A stretch of 49,516 nucleotides of DNA from an uncultured Bacilli bacterium. Its GTDB lineage: Bacteria > Bacillota_I > Bacilli_A > RFN20 > CAG-826. Location of the stretch: assembly GCA_905235705.1 (NCBI GenBank), contig CAJOML010000010.1:1-49516 (forward strand). Reading direction: 5' to 3'. This document shows positions 27,188 to 35,060 of this stretch, in pieces. A model generated the notes under the pieces. It worked only from the letters and a program-made list of their open reading frames with translations, ran no database searches and was not told the DNA's origin. Numbering within the stretch: the first letter of the stretch is position 1; each line of letters opens with the position of its first letter. The translations under genes were made by a program, and so were the position numbers.

Positions 27188-28369
27188 TTAATTTTTTAAT
27201 TCAAACTTCTTGGACACCCCATTGGAATCCAGTTCGACTTCAATCGAACCTCTAAGCAACGGGGATAGGTAATTTTTAAATTCTTCGGAGACGATATTGG
27301 GGAAGGAATACCAGTGGCTGGGGAAGAACTTGACTTTATTGGCCACTTTATCGGCTTCGATGGTAAAGAGGGTAGGAAAATATCCTTCTTCTGCTCCGTT
27401 TTTGATGGCGACCATGAGGCCGCTTTCGCCAGACAAAGCAAGCTCAACTGCTTTTTGTCCTACTTCATAGGCCTCTTTGGAATCGACTTTGGAAATCGAA
27501 TAAGGATCGGCCCTGGTGGGGATAGAAAGAATCGCGTAACGGCAGTTGATTCCATATTCGTTTTTCATCGTTTTGGCTAAGGAAATCGAAACTCCTTCAG
27601 GTGAAGTATGGCCAAAAGCATCGGCCCCGGTTACTTCCTCACGTTGAAGTTCAACACCTTCGGAAACAACGACAAAAGCCGTTCCTTTTTCTTTGTAAAC
27701 CTTGCTAATATGCTCGCAAAAGTCCCGGATTTGAATGTTTTTTGTCTCCGGAAGCAAAATTGCATCAGGACGATATTTTCCTTCAAGCAAACCGGTGGAG
27801 GCGGCAAGCCAACCGGTATCTCTGCCCATGACTTCGATGATGGTGACTTTGCCTTTGGAATAGCTGCTTCCATCCACGATAATTGAGCTAACGGCATTTA
27901 GGATATGACGGCAAGCGCTAGGATAGCCAACGCAATGATGGGTGAAATCCAAATCGTTATCGATGGTCTTGGGAACGCCGATGATGCGAATGTCTTTCCC
28001 ATCCGTTAATTTAGCAAGGGCAGCGCAGGTATCCATGGAATCGTTGCCCCCATTGACCAGGACATATTTGATATTTCTTTTTTCAATGGTTTCTAAAATT
28101 TTCTGGAGGTATTCCTGGTCGCCGGAAATCTTTTTTCTTGATGAACCTAAAGCCGCGCCGGGAGTTTGCTTAAGCAAAGCAAGCTCATCATCGCTATATT
28201 GCCCAAGGTCAACCAAATTGTCTTTGATTAATCCTTCGATGCCATAACGGGAGCCATAAATATGGTCGATTTCAGGGGAGGACTTGGCCTTCATGATCGC
28301 CCCATATAATGAAGTGTTAATAACGGAAGTCGGACCGCCCGATTGGATATAAACTAAATTACCGCTCAT
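27188..28369 (-). CDS. pfp: phosphofructokinase, probably pyrophosphate-dependent
   Basis: PFK family (SGGPTSVIN, PKTIDNDL). GGNDS replaces GGDGS, and Lys in PKTIDND replaces the Gly of PGTIDND. These are the residues associated with PPi specificity. Confidence 0.8.
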   Translation of the reverse strand: MSGNLVYIQSGGPTSVINTSLYGAIMKAKSSPEIDHIYGSRYGIEGLIKDNLVDLGQYSDDELALLKQTPGAALGSSRKKISGDQEYLQKILETIEKRNIKYVLVNGGNDSMDTCAALAKLTDGKDIRIIGVPKTIDNDLDFTHHCVGYPSACRHILNAVSSIIVDGSSYSKGKVTIIEVMGRDTGWLAASTGLLEGKYRPDAILLPETKNIQIRDFCEHISKVYKEKGTAFVVVSEGVELQREEVTGADAFGHTSPEGVSISLAKTMKNEYGINCRYAILSIPTRADPYSISKVDSKEAYEVGQKAVELALSGESGLMVAIKNGAEEGYFPTLFTIEADKVANKVKFFPSHWYSFPNIVSEEFKNYLSPLLRGSIEVELDSNGVSKKFELKN

Positions 28370-28374
28370 AAAAC

Positions 28375-28393
28375 AAAAAGGGGCATATGCCCC
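28375..28393 (-). terminator. recA terminator
   Basis: GGGGCATATGCCCC palindrome followed on the minus strand by UUUUUGUUUU, which abuts the pfp AUG. Confidence 0.75.
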
Positions 28394-28399
28394 ATAAAA

Positions 28400-29405
28400 T
28401 CATTCGCTCGCCTTAAAAGAATCGCGAATCGCTTTTTCGATACGCTCGGTGACGTCGGGATGCTCAATAAGGAAGTTCTTACTCGCCTCACGTCCGTTGC
28501 CAATCTTCTCGCCATCGATGGAATACCAGTTGCCGGTTTTTTCGATTAAGCCAAGTTCTTCGCCTAAATCAAGGACCTCGCCATATTTGGAGACGCCTTT
28601 GCCAAAGACAAGTTCGATGGTGCAGGATTTAAACGGCGGGGCAACTTTATTCTTAACGACTTTAACCTTAACCGTGTTGCCCACCACTTCGGAGCCGCTT
28701 TTGATGGCTTCCGCGCGACGGATATCCAAACGGATTGAGGCATAGAATTTAAGGGCACGTCCACCAGTGGTGGTTTCGGGGTTGCCATAAATGACACCGA
28801 CTTTTTCACGGAGCTGGTTGATGAAGATGACGACGCATCCGGTCTTATTCAAGATACCGGCGATTTTACGGCATCCTTTGGACATCAATCTGGCCTGTAC
28901 GCCAACTTGGTTATCCGACATCACCCCATCAAGTTCAACTTGGGGGACAAGGGCAGCAACCGAGTCGATGACCATGATGTCAACCGCGCCAGAGCTAGCA
29001 AGCATCTCGGCGATTTCGAGGGCTTGTTCGCCAGAATCGGGTTGGGAAAGGATTAATTCATCGATATTGACGCCTAATTTCGCCGCATATTCAGGATCGA
29101 TTGCATGCTCGGCGTCGATGAAGGCGGCGGTGCCCCCTTTACGTTGGGCCGAAGCGATTGCCTCCAAGGCAAGGGTGGTTTTACCAGAAGATTCGGGACC
29201 ATAGATTTCGATGATTCCTTCCTTTGGGATAGCCGCCGACGCCTAAGCAGTGATCGAGGAGAATCGAGCCGGTGGGGATAACGTCGACATCGACATGGGG
29301 ACGTTCCCCAAGTTTCATAACAGAGCCTTTTCCATATGCCTTCTCAATGCTCTTGAGGGCATCTTGAAGGGCTTTTTCTTTTGTGTTTTCGTTTGTTGTA
29401 GCCAT
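28400..29405 (-). pseudogene. recA: recA interrupted by a single-nucleotide (+1) frameshift just before Walker A
   Basis: The frame from 29405 reads MATTNE...GVGGYPKGR and then runs out of frame to a stop at 29181. The adjacent frame reads [24 protein letters not shown]... to the normal C-terminus at 28400. There is one extra base in GGAAGGAAT (plus-strand 29214-29222). Confidence 0.85.
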
Positions 29406-29439
29406 TTCACTACCTCCACTTTTCTTATACGCGGGTTTT

Positions 29440-29943
29440 TTAATCTTCGACGACTTTTTCTGGCTCAAGGGCCTTGCGGAAAAGCGACATCGCAAAGTCC
29501 ACCATGCTGCTAACGGTCAAAGTGCGGATTTGATCACGTTCCCTTTGCCCGAATTTCACCGAGATGACCCAGGTCGATCCTTTGTAGGACATACCAATGC
29601 AGACATCCCCTACTTCGGCCCCGCCTTCTTGAACGGTTGGGCCGGCATTGCCGGTGCAGCTTAAGCAGACATCGACCCCTAAGGCCTTCTTTCCGCCGCG
29701 TGCCATTTCGGCGGCGACTTGGGGAGAGACAATGCCATATTTTTCGATGGTCTCCTTTTTCACACCGGCGCAGGCGATTTTTACGTCGGGAGTATATGTC
29801 ACCAATGACCCTTTGAAGACGGCGCTAGCCCCAGGATAGAAGCAAGCTTCATCGGCGAATCGCCCGCCACTTAAAGATTCCACCGCGCCAAGGGTGAGAT
29901 GGTGATCGGCAAGAGTTTGGAGAAGGGTATGCATCTTCTTCAT
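29440..29943 (-). CDS. pncC: CinA C-terminal-domain protein / nicotinamide-nucleotide amidohydrolase PncC
   Basis: 167 aa. [13 protein letters not shown] and [10 protein letters not shown] motifs. Conserved pgsA-cinA-recA order. Confidence 0.85.
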   Translation of the reverse strand: MKKMHTLLQTLADHHLTLGAVESLSGGRFADEACFYPGASAVFKGSLVTYTPDVKIACAGVKKETIEKYGIVSPQVAAEMARGGKKALGVDVCLSCTGNAGPTVQEGGAEVGDVCIGMSYKGSTWVISVKFGQRERDQIRTLTVSSMVDFAMSLFRKALEPEKVVED

Positions 29944-30584
29944 TATTCATCCTCCTTAAGGACATTGCGGTTTTGATAGACGTAAATGACGCCGGAAATG
30001 AAAGACATCGCCGTGGCCAGATACACAAACCACATGCAAACGCGGCCAAGGGGATGCCAGGAAGCATCGAAATAAGAGAAAGGCCAACCATTAAGGAAGA
30101 CCAAAGGTAAAGCGACCATTTGGAAGATGGTCTTCAATTTGCCAAAGATATTCGCAGCCACGACTTTCCCTTTGCTTGCGGCGACAAAGCGCATCGTATC
30201 GACGACGAGGTCACGTAAAATCATGATGACGACGCAGAACCAAGGAATCAAAGCCGGGACGTTGCCATAGAATGGCATCGTGACAGCCAAAATGACCAAG
30301 GAAGAATTGACTAGCATCTTATCGGCAATCGGATCTAAGAATTTGCCTAAGGTCGTAACCTGTTTCCATTTACGGGCGAGATAGCCATCGAGGAAATCCG
30401 TCGCGGCGGCGATAATAAAGACGATGCAGCCAACTAAGTTGACCATATAGATACCGCTATCGCCAAGGGTCATGCTGGCCCAAGAGGAAGGACCGGCGAA
30501 ATAAGCGGCCAAATAAAATACCAACAAGGCAAAAACCCCGACGATGCGGGCAATCGTGATTTTCGTTGGGATGTTGATTTTCAT
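29943..30584 (-). CDS. pgsA: CDP-diacylglycerol--glycerol-3-phosphate 3-phosphatidyltransferase
   Basis: CDP-alcohol phosphotransferase motif DFLDGYLARKWKQVTTLGKFLDPIADK. Start at MKINIPT, with AGGAGA upstream. Confidence 0.9.
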   Translation of the reverse strand: MKINIPTKITIARIVGVFALLVFYLAAYFAGPSSWASMTLGDSGIYMVNLVGCIVFIIAAATDFLDGYLARKWKQVTTLGKFLDPIADKMLVNSSLVILAVTMPFYGNVPALIPWFCVVIMILRDLVVDTMRFVAASKGKVVAANIFGKLKTIFQMVALPLVFLNGWPFSYFDASWHPLGRVCMWFVYLATAMSFISGVIYVYQNRNVLKEDE

Positions 30585-30606
30585 GCTTTTTCTCCTAAAT
30601 GAGTAT

Positions 30607-30928
30607 CCGGCCCTATAAGCCATGTTTTGTCGGGGACGGCAATTAATCTCGACTAAGTCGGCCCCCTTGCCTTCATTTCGGCTTGGGCGCTTCCCCTACC
30701 AATTTTGGGTTTCTCGCTTGTGGGGTTTACCTCGTTTCATCTTGATGTCGCCATCAAGCTCGTCTCTGTGGCACCTTGGGGATTCCCGTCTCAAGAGACG
30801 TTCCTCCGCCGTTACGGACTCCTCCGTACCTGGGGTTATTTCTTCCCCCAGCGCAATCACTACCGCCATCGCAGGCGGTGCGAGCATGGACTTTCCTCTA
30901 CCTAAGTGGCAGCAGCCGTCCGGGCCGG
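30607..30928 (-). ncRNA. rnpB: RNase P RNA (compact, Bacillota-type)
   Basis: The minus strand carries GAGGAAAGUCCAUGCUCGCAC (P4 5' strand, CR-I) and ACAAAACAUGGCUUAUAGGG (P4 3' strand, CR-V). P1 closes as CCGGCCC/GGGCCGG. No credible CDS in the region. Sits next to gpsB, as in B. subtilis. Confidence 0.85.
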
Positions 30929-30934
30929 ATGCAT

Positions 30935-31300
30935 TTATTTAATGGTGTTCGGATTCACACCTTTTGCCCAGAGTGCCTTCTCCAATTTGCCAATGCGGTT
31001 AAGAAGGTCGATGTTATCCGGGGTGGGACGATCGGTTGGCTTCAAATCCTTGAAGCGGGATTGAAGTTTGGCTAATTCGATCTCAAGCTGTTGGGCATCT
31101 TCTCTGGCACGCCGATTTTGGGTCTCAAGCTTAACGATGTAATCTTGGAATTGCTGGCGGAAGCGCTCGAATTTAAGGTAGTCTTCCCGCACATCATCAA
31201 AGAAGGCATCGACCTCGGCGGGATCGTAGCCTTTTAAGGCGGGGCTAAAGGTTTTCTTTAGCACGTCCTCGGCATTTAATTTGAATGACGTTTCTTCCAT
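30935..31300 (-). CDS. gpsB: DivIVA-domain cell-cycle protein GpsB
   Basis: FSPALKGYDPAEVDAFFDDV DivIVA N-terminal motif followed by a coiled coil. 121 aa. Confidence 0.8.
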   Translation of the reverse strand: MEETSFKLNAEDVLKKTFSPALKGYDPAEVDAFFDDVREDYLKFERFRQQFQDYIVKLETQNRRAREDAQQLEIELAKLQSRFKDLKPTDRPTPDNIDLLNRIGKLEKALWAKGVNPNTIK

Positions 31301-31398
31301 AAGACCGACTTCGATTATATCGAAGATGGGGCATTACTTCAATTGCATATGCATCTAAAAAGCCCCGTTTTTGCAAGATGGTGGTAGGATATAGGGCG

Positions 31399-32121
31399 AT
31401 GAAAGACCTCAAACGACTTGTTGGCGACAGACGCACCCTCCTCTTCTTCGATTTGGAAGCTACCCAGTTTTCCCACGAAATGATTGAAATCGGGGCCATA
31501 CGGGTGACGATTAAAGACGATTACACCTTTAAAAAGGTTTTTAAACCTTATCACGCTTATGTTCGCCCCAAACATCGCATTGGCTCGGTCGTCACCAAAT
31601 TAACCGGCATCACCGAGGAGACATTAGAGAAAGCCATATCCTACCGGGAGGTCTTAAACGGACTAAAGAAATATTTAGGTAAGGAATTCGGGAAAACCGT
31701 TTTCGTTTGCTATGGCGATCAAGACCCACGCATCCTTCAAGCCACGGTTGAGAACAACCTTGACGCGGATAAAGAAACAAGCCGTTTCATCATGAAGCAT
31801 TGCATGGACTTCCTAAAATTCTTCTCCCAATATGTCCGCGATGACAAAAATTGCATGCTATCCCTTTCCCGGGCTTGCGAAGTCATGGCAATCCCATTTA
31901 AAGGCAAAGCTCACGGCGCTTTAGCCGATACCGAGAACCTGATGAACCTATATGACGCCTTCTTGAAGAACCCGCAAATGGTCGAAGGCGAATATCGCAA
32001 ATTATTAGGTAGAGGCGCTAACCTCCCAACCCCCGTCGCCCAGGTCATCGCTAGGTTAAATAAAGGTGAAACCGTGACCCCGGAAATCTATCAGCAAATC
32101 GTCAAGGAGAGCCTTAAATGA
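31399..32121 (+). CDS. DEDDh 3'-5' exonuclease (DnaQ/KapD-like)
   Basis: ExoI LLFFDLEATQ, ExoII CYGDQD, ExoIII HGALADTENL. The start is either the ATG at 31399 or the one at 31378. Confidence 0.75.
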   Translation: MKDLKRLVGDRRTLLFFDLEATQFSHEMIEIGAIRVTIKDDYTFKKVFKPYHAYVRPKHRIGSVVTKLTGITEETLEKAISYREVLNGLKKYLGKEFGKTVFVCYGDQDPRILQATVENNLDADKETSRFIMKHCMDFLKFFSQYVRDDKNCMLSLSRACEVMAIPFKGKAHGALADTENLMNLYDAFLKNPQMVEGEYRKLLGRGANLPTPVAQVIARLNKGETVTPEIYQQIVKESLK

Positions 32122-32723
32122 GCCCAATTTCCTATCCGCCCGGGGTAAAACCACTCACCCAAAATGAGCGCAAAACCCAATCGGTTAAGAAAAAATACAA
32201 ACTTAAAATCGGTCCAGGCAACAGGGGTCTAGATTTTGAAGCCGGCATCAATGAAACCAATGCCTACTATGCCGAGAAAAACCTTTGCCATATCACTAAG
32301 CGCCCCACCCCCATCAATGTCGTCAAGGTGGATTATTCAAAAGGATCGATAATCACCCAAGCCTATTTCGAAACCCAATCGACGACTGACTATAACGGGG
32401 TCTATAAAGGCCACTATATCGATTTCGAGGCCAAGTCGAGCCATAGCAAGACTTCTTTCCCTTTGGCTAATATTCCAAAACAACAAATCGACCATCTTGA
32501 AAAAGTCATCGCTCATGGCGGAATTGCCTTCTTCTTAATTCGCCTTGTTCTAACCGAGGAGGTTTATCTCCTCCCCGCCCAATATATCATCGATTTTTAT
32601 CACGAACGGAAAAGAGCCTCCATTCCTTATGAGGAAATCCGCAATCACGGATATAAAGTCACGGAGAAATATCTCCCCCATTATGACTATTTGCCTTTAA
32701 TCGATGAGGTCTTCTTAAAATAA
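32118..32723 (+). CDS. recU: Holliday junction resolvase RecU
   Basis: NRGLDFEAGINETNAYY and YIDFEAKS catalytic-core motifs. ATGA overlap with the exonuclease gene. Confidence 0.9.
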   Translation: MSPISYPPGVKPLTQNERKTQSVKKKYKLKIGPGNRGLDFEAGINETNAYYAEKNLCHITKRPTPINVVKVDYSKGSIITQAYFETQSTTDYNGVYKGHYIDFEAKSSHSKTSFPLANIPKQQIDHLEKVIAHGGIAFFLIRLVLTEEVYLLPAQYIIDFYHERKRASIPYEEIRNHGYKVTEKYLPHYDYLPLIDEVFLK

Positions 32724-33334
32724 GAGCAGCCTTCGGTGAAGGGGCAACGGTGGCATTCGGGGTTTCTTGCATGGCAAATAAAACGTCCGAAATGGATAAA
32801 GCGGTGATGCAAGCGAATATGCATATCAGTGGGAAAACGTTTTTCTAGAATCGCCTCGACTGTCTCGGGGCTATCGTTTTCTTTGGCATAGCCTAGACGC
32901 TTCGCAACCCTGGCGACATGCGTATCAACGGCAATGGCGGGGATATGGAAGCATTCTGCCCCCACGACGTTGGCCGTCTTGATACCTACTCCAGGTAAGG
33001 CAACAAGTTCTTCTTTATTGCCAGGGATAGAACCATCATATTTTTCAACAAGAATCTTGGACATGGCCACCAAATTAGCGGCTTTATTGTGATATAAACC
33101 AATCGATTTGATGATATCTTCGACGTCTTTGATTTCAGCTTCGGCCATTGCTTGGGGAGTGGGGAAAACCAAAAATAGACGAGGCGTGACGCGGTTAACG
33201 GCTTCATCTGTAGTTTGCGCCGAAAGCATGACGGCGCAGATGCATTCAAACGGATTATGGAAACGTAAAGCGGTTTGGGCTTCGGGAAAAAGCCTTTCTA
33301 AGGTCGAGGCGACAAAAAGATCATTCTTCCTCAT
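32687..33334 (-). CDS. nth: endonuclease III
   Basis: HhH-GPD motif (LPGVGIKTANVV), catalytic D, and C-terminal 4Fe-4S Cys cluster C-x7-C-x2-C-x5-C. Start trimmed to MRKNDLF. Confidence 0.9.
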   Translation of the reverse strand: MRKNDLFVASTLERLFPEAQTALRFHNPFECICAVMLSAQTTDEAVNRVTPRLFLVFPTPQAMAEAEIKDVEDIIKSIGLYHNKAANLVAMSKILVEKYDGSIPGNKEELVALPGVGIKTANVVGAECFHIPAIAVDTHVARVAKRLGYAKENDSPETVEAILEKRFPTDMHIRLHHRFIHFGRFICHARNPECHRCPFTEGCSYFKKTSSIKGK

Positions 33335-33986
33335 CGTCAATCCATTTTGTCCGAGCGATTTCGATGGTATGGGCAATGTCTTTATCCCATTTTCCATTGA
33401 CCCCAGTATAACCTTCCTGGGCAATATCGGCTTTGCTTCTTGCCACGCGAAGCAATTTATCAATCGACTTAAAACTACGTTTTCTTTGGGCGAGCGCATC
33501 TTCTAAAGCATTACGGATATCCTCTTCCGAATAAGCGTCATCCAACCAACCGATGATGGCATCGTTTTCAAGCGGGGACAACGTCCGATTGAGCCTTTTT
33601 TCAAAATAAGGATAAAGACGATTTAAGATGGCGGAACGTTCGGCCGAATGGAGGTTAGCCCGGTCTTTTTCCATCGCCACCTGGAGTTGCTTATATAATT
33701 TGGTCTTAAGCGGATTTAAACTCGTTACCATTTTCCCGTCGACGGTTTCATAGGTAAGGAATTCTTTTTTCATCAAAGAGGCCATGACGTTATCGATTTC
33801 TTTGGTGGATAATGTCATCTTTAACGCCAATAAATCAGGGGTGATGAAATCGTTCCCGTCTTTTAGGAGGTGGTCAATCATCAAAATGACCATGACTTCC
33901 TGCTCGGAAATATCCATTTTCTTATAGGCATCAAGGAGGAGATAACGGAAGTCGATCGCGTCGACATTAAGGTATTTTGCTGACAT
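33321..33986 (-). CDS. dnaD: DnaD-domain replication initiation / primosome protein
   Basis: N-terminal winged-helix region plus a DnaD repeat (LSPLENDAIIGWLDD.YSEEDI). Conserved dnaD-nth adjacency. Confidence 0.8.
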   Translation of the reverse strand: MSAKYLNVDAIDFRYLLLDAYKKMDISEQEVMVILMIDHLLKDGNDFITPDLLALKMTLSTKEIDNVMASLMKKEFLTYETVDGKMVTSLNPLKTKLYKQLQVAMEKDRANLHSAERSAILNRLYPYFEKRLNRTLSPLENDAIIGWLDDAYSEEDIRNALEDALAQRKRSFKSIDKLLRVARSKADIAQEGYTGVNGKWDKDIAHTIEIARTKWIDDEEE

Positions 33987-33995
33987 GTCTACATT

Positions 33996-34601
33996 CTACT
34001 CCTTTTCTTTTTCCATTCTTATCTTTTCCGGATTAATTTGCTCTAGCAAAGGACGGAGGAGGTTAATCGCCTCTAGACTTTCTTTTTCGATTTGGAAGCC
34101 TAAACGCTTGGCAAAACGTTCGGCCCGTAAGATGCGGAGAGGGTCTTCTTCGATTCGCTTCTTTGGATTTCCGATGAAACGGATGATGCCCTGATTCAAA
34201 TCTTCAAGCCCGTGATGGAAGTCATGAGCCTTATAAGAGGAATCGATGTAAATGGCATTGATGGTGAAGTCGCGACGTAACGAATCTATATACATGTCTT
34301 TCACGAATTTAATATATGAAGGGTGCCGCTTATCGCTATATTCGCCTTCTTCCCTAAATGTCATAAAATCTATGGAAAAGCCTTCTTCTTTTAATGAGAT
34401 GGTGCCGAAACGGGCAAAGGTGGAATCCCCTTTTCCTAAAATCGATAAGGTCTTTTCCGGGGTTGCGCTAGAGACAAAATCCAAATCCCTGACTTCCTTG
34501 CCTAAAAGCAAATCGCGGCTCGAACCGCCGATTAAATATAGTTCCACCCCTTCTTTGGCGAAGAGGGCAGCGAATTTGTCAAAGATAGGGAGACGTTCCA
34601 T
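33996..34601 (-). CDS. cca: class II tRNA nucleotidyltransferase (CCA-adding / poly(A) polymerase family), head and neck only (201 aa)
   Basis: GGSSRD + DLDF (motif A), RRDFTINA (motif B), EDPLRILRAERF (motif D). The protein ends about 200 aa short of typical bacterial enzymes. Confidence 0.7.
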   Translation of the reverse strand: MERLPIFDKFAALFAKEGVELYLIGGSSRDLLLGKEVRDLDFVSSATPEKTLSILGKGDSTFARFGTISLKEEGFSIDFMTFREEGEYSDKRHPSYIKFVKDMYIDSLRRDFTINAIYIDSSYKAHDFHHGLEDLNQGIIRFIGNPKKRIEEDPLRILRAERFAKRLGFQIEKESLEAINLLRPLLEQINPEKIRMEKEKE

Positions 34602-34625
34602 CGGTGCCTTATTTTAGCCTAAAGG

Positions 34626-34662
34626 CGAAAAAGAAAAAGCCGTAAGGTTTCCCTCAACGGCT
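34626..34662 (-). terminator. hup terminator
   Basis: AGCCGU...ACGGCU stem followed by UUUUUCUUUUU on the minus strand. Confidence 0.7.
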
Positions 34663-34680
34663 AATCTCTTTCAAGAAAGA

Positions 34681-34953
34681 TTATTGAAGTTTCTCTTTGA
34701 GGCCTTTGGAAGGCTTGAAGGAGACAGACTTCGCGGCGGGGATTTGGATCTTTTCGCCAGTGGAAGGATTGGTGCCGGAACGGGCAGCGCGTTCCTTCTT
34801 TTCGAAGATACCAAAGCCAGAGACTTTGACGGGTTCGCCATTGACGAGGGAACCGGTGATGAGTTCGAGAGCGGCGTCAATGACGGCTTCGGCATCACGT
34901 TGGGAGACGTTGGCCTTGGCGGCGGCGGCTTGAACCAATTCAGCTTTATTCAT
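34681..34953 (-). CDS. hup: DNA-binding protein HU
   Basis: MNKAELVQAAAAK...GFGIFEKKERAARSGTNPSTGE. 90 aa. AGGAGG SD. ORF-track N-terminal extension trimmed. Confidence 0.95.
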   Translation of the reverse strand: MNKAELVQAAAAKANVSQRDAEAVIDAALELITGSLVNGEPVKVSGFGIFEKKERAARSGTNPSTGEKIQIPAAKSVSFKPSKGLKEKLQ

Positions 34954-35060
34954 TTTGTAATTTCCTCCTAAATCTGTTGGTGGCATTAAATTAACACATG
35001 AAAAAACCAATTGCAAACTATATTTATAATCGCTTTCAGTCCGATGCCATCGAAGCTTTC

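Noticed and set aside
29181-29230. Programmed +1 ribosomal frameshifting as the explanation for the recA break (AGG codon preceded by the SD-like AAGGAAGG).
   Set aside because: No precedent known to me for recA, and no stop or hungry-codon context like prfB. The simplest explanations are a 1-nt indel, either a real mutation or an assembly error. It is kept only as a minor alternative in the recA finding.
30622-31075. Several 60-106 aa ORFs on both strands between pgsA and gpsB.
   Set aside because: The region carries the conserved RNase P RNA cores (GAGGAAAGUCC..., ACAAAACAUGGCUUA) and closes into a P1 helix. The ORFs have no SD and give implausible Pro/Arg/Ser-rich translations.
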